Both the position numbers and the translations under genes were made by a program. DNA of 51,735 nucleotides from Octopus bimaculoides (Eukaryota), in assembly GCF_001194135.2 (NCBI RefSeq), contig NC_068985.1, positions 114,263,593-114,315,327 of the forward strand. Reading direction: 5' to 3'. Position 1 is the first letter of the stretch. Each line of letters begins with the position of its first letter. Positions 46,898 through 51,735 of the stretch are shown piece after piece. The notes under the pieces were generated by a model. The model was not told the DNA's origin and searched no databases. It saw only the letters and a program-made list of their open reading frames with translations.

Positions 46898-47183
46898 ACT
46901 CATTTCTACAGCTGAGTGGACTGGAGCAACATGAAATGAAGTGTTTTGCTCAAGAACACAACGGAACACCCGGTCTAGGGATTGAAACTACAATCTTATG
47001 GTCATGAATCTAACACCCTAACTACTAAGCAATGTGTCTCTACTAGTGATGCACATTTCTACAGCTCAGTGGACTGGAGCAACATGAAATGAAGTGTTTT
47101 GCTCAACTCATTGCCTGGTCCAGGAATCAAAACCACAACCTTATGATTGGGAGTCCAACACTACCAAGAAGCCACATGCCTCC
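46898..47183 (-). mobile_element. Two tandem family D SINEs
   Basis: A 53-bp core repeats at 46901-46953 and 47054-47106. Confidence 0.8.
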
Positions 47184-47247
47184 ATATTTAAAACTAAAAA
47201 TCTCCATCAAAACTTCATATTGATTTATGTTACAAACACTAGCTTAA

Positions 47248-47469
47248 CCCTTTCGTTACTAACCCGGCTGAAACCGGCTCTGGCTCTGTAGTACAAATGT
47301 CTAGTTTTCATAAGTTTTGAATTAAAATCTTCCACCAAACTTTAGTCAAAATTTAGGTTCCTAACATTTAGCTAAATGATAACTAAGTTATTTTGCTAAA
47401 TTCTTTGTTATATTTAAAATAATTAAAAGAAACACAGAGCATCTCAAAATAAATACAGTAACGAAAGGG
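47248..47469. mobile_element. piggyBac-like MITE, family P2, intact 222 bp
   Basis: TTAA|CCCTTTCGTTACT ... AGTAACGAAAGGG|TTAA: perfect 13-bp TIR and TTAA TSD. Confidence 0.92.
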
Positions 47470-47474
47470 TTAAT

Positions 47475-47638
47475 AATTCTTTCAACTATAGGCACAATGC
47501 CTGAAACTTTTGAGGAGGGGTTAGTCAATTACATCAATCTCAATATTCAACGGATACTTATTTCATTGACCCCAAAAGGATGAAAGGAAAAGTCAACCTT
47601 GGCAAAATTTGAACTGAGAATGTAAAGACAGACAAAAT
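47475..47638 (-). mobile_element. Family C SINE (C2), cut by gap
   Basis: tataggcacaatgcctgaaa...gaccccaaaaggatgaaaggaaaagtcaacc. Confidence 0.8.
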
Positions 47639-47850
47639 NNNNNNNNNNNNNNNNNNNNNNNNNNNNNNNNNNNNNNNNNNNNNNNNNNNNNNNNNNNNNN
47701 NNNNNNNNNNNNNNNNNNNNNNNNNNNNNNNNNNNNNNNNNNNNNNNNNNNNNNNNNNNNNNNNNNNNNNNNNNNNNNNNNNNNNNNNNNNNNNNNNNNN
47801 NNNNNNNNNNNNNNNNNNNNNNNNNNNNNNNNNNNNNNNNNNNNNNNNNN
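47639..47850. other. Assembly gap (N)
   Basis: N run. Confidence 1.
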
Positions 47851-47886
<36 letters not shown>

Positions 47887-48399
47887 TCTCTCTCTCTCTC
47901 TCTCTCTCTTTTTCTCTGTATTTGTGCATGTGTGTGAATGTGTTTGCTTCCAGTGCCAAAACATACTGTCACCAAAAATGGATTAATTTTTGACCACCCA
48001 TGCCAAATTGTCGATATCCAAACAGCCACATCTAACTGTCTCATTTTATGTGAAACCCTATCAAGTCTCATGGGTGAAGTGGGTGGGGTGGGTTTTAAGA
48101 GCTGATACTTCGCAAAACTTTCATGGTATTAAGTAAATGAAAGATAAATAGAATGTCAGATTTATTGCAGGAAAAATTCTCAGATGACGTGGAATCTGTT
48201 CCTAGGAGCTACGCGAACTAGTAATGTAAAAGAAAGAGTCAATGTAGAATTAAAGTGTTGTTTGCAGATATGACAATGTCAACAACAATTTTGAACTCAG
48301 ACATTTGGGCAAAGCAAAGTACTTTGCTTTTAACTTGTACAGAGTTCATTCTATAACAACACTGTCACAGTAACTGCAGAGATTTTGAACACAAAACCT

Positions 48400-49215
48400 A
48401 AAAGTCTGTAATTAAAGAACTATAAATGGCTATTTCAAAAGAATATGACCAGGAAGAGAAGTGACCAAAATAGGTTCCTCCAAAGGATCTCTGGAGTAAA
48501 TTGACTTAAGAGGGTGTGAAGCTCAGTGATGGGGGAATCTCTCAGCTATTTCTCCACAACTCCAGTACTACACATGATTAGAATGTTGCAAGACAGATTC
48601 ATTAAGTCAACTGGCAGGGGACCTTGCAGTAGACCAAGAATGAGATGGATGCCTAATAAACATAGTCTCAGTTGCTCATGCTTGGAAATCCACCCAGAAA
48701 GTTTAATGACAGTTGCTTCAGTTAATCTAAGACTTTATGGAGGAGTTTCCTGAGGATTCTACCTCCATGACCTCCACAGGAATTGTTGTTGTTGTTGTTG
48801 TTGGCACTCCGCCGCTTACGACGTCGAGGGTTCCAGTTGATCCGATCAACGGAACAGCCTGCTCGTGAAATTAACGTGCAAGTGGCTGAGCGCTCCACAG
48901 ACACGTGTACCATTAACATATTTCTCAGGGATATTCAGCGTGACACAGTGTGACAAGGCTGACACTTTGAATTACAGGCACAACAGAAACTGGAAGTAAG
49001 AGTGAGAGAAAGTTGTGGTGAAAGAGTACAGCAGGATTCGCCACCATCCCCTGCCAGAGCCTCGTGGAGCTTTAGGTGTTTTCGCTCAATAAACACTCAC
49101 AACGCCCGGTCTGGGAATCGAAACCGCAATCCTATGACCTCGAGTCCGCTGCCCTAACCACTGGGCCATTGCACCTCCACTTCACAGGAATAACGGGCTG
49201 AGAAAATGGATGGAT
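48400..49215 (+). mobile_element. Decayed RTE-clade (Rex3/Expander-like) LINE 3' end, split by family E
   Basis: Frameshifted RFLQRISGV..., HMIRMLQDR...TGRGPCSRPRMRW...SLSCSCLEIHPESL, LWRSFLRILPP*P; resumes at 49183 and ends gaaaatggatggat. Confidence 0.7.
48784..49182 (-). mobile_element. Family E SINE (tRNA-Arg-like head, (CAA)n tail), 9-bp TSD
   Basis: CACAGGAAT at 48775-48783 and 49183-49191; head ggcccagtggttagggcagcggactcg...ggtttcgattccc. Possibly one of the octopus OR-type SINEs (unverified). Confidence 0.9.
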
Positions 49216-49394
49216 AAAAAAGTGGCCTCCTTTGTTTGTAGTCCACTGCAAAAGCATGTCTAGATTTCTTAATGTGTTTTGACATGTTTGGTCTTTGTAA
49301 ACCAAATGCTCATCCAAACAGTGTTGTGTGTTTCCAGTTCACCATGTAACTAGGTTCATTGTTATATAGACTGGATTATCTTGCTTGCTTGTAA

Positions 49395-49510
49395 GCAGAT
49401 GAAGGTTGGAGACAGAAGGGCATCTTGTCATGGAATAAAAAATCTGCTTCAATGAACTCCATCTGACCCATGCAAGCATAGAAATGTGGATGTTAAAACA
49501 ATAATGATAA
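49395..49510 (+). mobile_element. Module-B SINE 3' end
   Basis: gaagggcatc...tctgacccatgcaagcatagaaatgtggatgttaaaa. Confidence 0.7.
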
Positions 49511-50276
49511 AACCCAACTCATTCCATAACTTACTTTGAGTTCTACCAATGTACACCCACATTCTACCAGGGTAGACTTCATCACCTACCAAATATATTC
49601 AAACTTCCACCAATGCACATCTTTTTTTTATTCCACCATTTGGTTTCTTACCAATGTAAACCTGATCTACCATGACCTTGGGATCATCAATATCTTATGG
49701 ATGAAATTTAGTAGAGAGAAACCAAGCAAAGCATATTAGATGTACAGACAGATAGATATACAGACTGAGAAAAATGGTGTGCTGAGAGCAAAATGCAAAG
49801 AAAATACAGTCATCAAACAGAATAAAAAAGACGTAACATATTCCCCCAAAAAATGACATGTTACAAGGAGGTATTTGAATAAAAGCACTCTGTAGCTTTA
49901 TTTAATTACAAAATAAAATGAATTTTAAAATTATATCAGGCAACGATAGGAATAAAACAAAAGTTGGGATGGGAAAAAAACATGTAGCAATTAATATCAT
50001 AAAAAAAAAATTCCAATTAATTTTTATTCCTTTTTCATTCATAAACACACAAACTTTAAGGTCTTCTTACATCATTGTTAGAGATTGAAAACTAATTTTG
50101 ACTTACCATCTAAAATAAACAAACAGATATAGAAAGAAAGAACATGTATGAGAGAGACAGTGTGAGAGGAGTGGGGGAAAGAATTCCTTGCCTTCAATCC
50201 AAACTTTACAAAAGTAGAGAAAAAAACACTTGCTTATTTATTTTTATATATTAATCATATTATTTATTTATTTATT

Positions 50277-50286
50277 NNNNNNNNNN
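50277..50286. other. Assembly gap (10 N)
   Basis: N run. Confidence 1.
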
Positions 50287-50924
50287 CACAAGTTTAAAAA
50301 AAAACTGAGTCTTAATTTCAACAGCTTACTTTGAAAATGTTCCGGTTTTTTTCCGTTTTTTTTCAATTTTTAATTGTGAAAAATTTAAAGGATGGCTGGT
50401 GGGCTCACCACAAAAAAAAAAAAAAAGAAACTAAAATAATAAAAACCAACAAACAAAAGGAAAACTAAGTGATTATCATCATTATCATCAACAGAGTGAT
50501 AAAAAAAAGATTGCTTAAATAGGCAATTGTGTTTACCCTATTACATACACAATCGTTTATTACACACAGACACTAAAAGCAACATTCTAATCATCAGTAG
50601 GGAAAATGCTTGGGAGGAAGGAACAAAGGCTAAGATGAGGAAGTCCAAAAACAAGAAATAAAACTAAAAAGGTCAAAGAAGGCCCCCACCCAACTACCAA
50701 AACAAAAAAAAGGTAAAGGAAAACAAACAAAACCTTAAAAAAGACTACAATGAAGAATTAAAAACAAAAACAAAGATAATAGAAATATCCTTCCCTATCC
50801 TAATTTAACGATTTTAATTTCTTTTTTTATTTCTTTTACATTAATTTATATCTTAATTACTGAGGGAAAAAATAAAACAAATAGGAAAAAAAAAACATGA
50901 AATCTGTTTGGTACAATGATAATA

Positions 50925-51139
50925 ATAATCTTTTCTACTATAGGCACAAGGTTTGAAATTTGGGTAGAGAGGTAGTGGTGGGGGATCAAGTCAACTATCT
51001 CGATCCAGCACACAACTGGTACTTATTTCATTGAGCCTGATAGAATGAAAGGCAGAGTCAACTTCAGCAAAGTTGAACTCAAAATGTTAAGCCAGATGAA
51101 ATGCTAAGCATATTATCTGACATGCAAACAATTTCAGCC
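50925..51139 (-). mobile_element. Family C SINE (C2)
   Basis: (AAT)n, ttttctactataggcacaagg, aactggtacttatttcattga, gaatgaaaggcagagtcaac. Confidence 0.8.
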
Positions 51140-51488
51140 GATCATGAGTAGAAGTAGTGGGGTAGCATCATAGCCATGTGTTGAGAGGAATTCTTTGGGG
51201 TTTGAATAATTCCCCTCTGGAAACATGGGTGTTTCATTCAACATCCATAAAAAACCCTTATTCAGGGGCCTTTTGAGCAGTACGAGCTACTCAACCTGAA
51301 GAAAATTCAAACTGGGCCCCACCTGCAAGGTCACACGTTGTTTATTTTGATAGATCACCATGTCGTGCACATATTTGTGATACATGTGCCTGGTGTACCT
51401 TTATCAGAGGGTAGTCATGACGGCTATATTGGGCTTCATATATTTTTACCCCAATGTCACTTTGATGCCATGTGCTGCTCTCTCACTC
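51140..51488. mobile_element. Repeat F, truncated copy
   Basis: Co-linear with 20572-20922; ends in (AAT)n. Confidence 0.8.
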
Positions 51489-51672
51489 GGTAATAATAAT
51501 TCAACAGGATATTTAACTGAACTAATCTTAAGTTGTATCAAGGAAAAATTTCTTCAGCTTAGGAGGTAATTTTGGTTTGGACTGAAAACAGACAAATATT
51601 CTCTGCTGCAGCTTTCTCACAGACAGTAATATGTGTAGATATGCATGCACATAAATGCCAAGCATTTATATT

Positions 51673-51678
<6 letters not shown>

Positions 51679-51735
<57 letters not shown>
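51679..51735. repeat. (TG)n microsatellite
   Basis: Direct reading. Confidence 0.98.

Noticed and set aside
49105-49182. tRNA-Arg-like sequence, and similar A/B-box heads at 8170, 18459 and 14450
   Set aside because: Each continues into a SINE body and lacks a complete acceptor stem and terminator, so these are SINE heads rather than tRNA genes.

Overview
This is AT-rich, gap-containing eukaryotic genomic DNA dense in microsatellites. The repeat families look like those of an octopus or other coleoid cephalopod; this is my recognition, not a database result. I find no intact protein-coding gene, tRNA/rRNA gene or CRISPR array. Almost all ORFs in the supplied track are N-gap, microsatellite or repeat artefacts. 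The window is an intergenic or intronic 'transposon palimpsest'. It holds about 50 copies or fragments of tRNA-headed SINEs in several modular families (working labels A, B, C, D, E are mine) and two unclassified repeats (F, G). It also holds TTAA-flanked piggyBac-like MITEs (P1, P2), three hAT-type elements with ~8-bp target duplications, and three decayed RTE-clade LINE 3' ends. One hAT element is young and retains the transposase C-terminus. The best sequence-verifiable oddities are: a 27-bp micro-inversion inside one SINE; a MITE with three repeated right ends; a SINE nested in its own family; a five-copy head-to-tail SINE stack; tail-to-target microhomology at young SINE insertions; and a 28-bp palindrome carrying two AP-1 consensus sites. 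I did not find a confidently new biological system. The few candidate exons are weak. Coordinates of old, decayed copies are approximate (about +/-20 bp).
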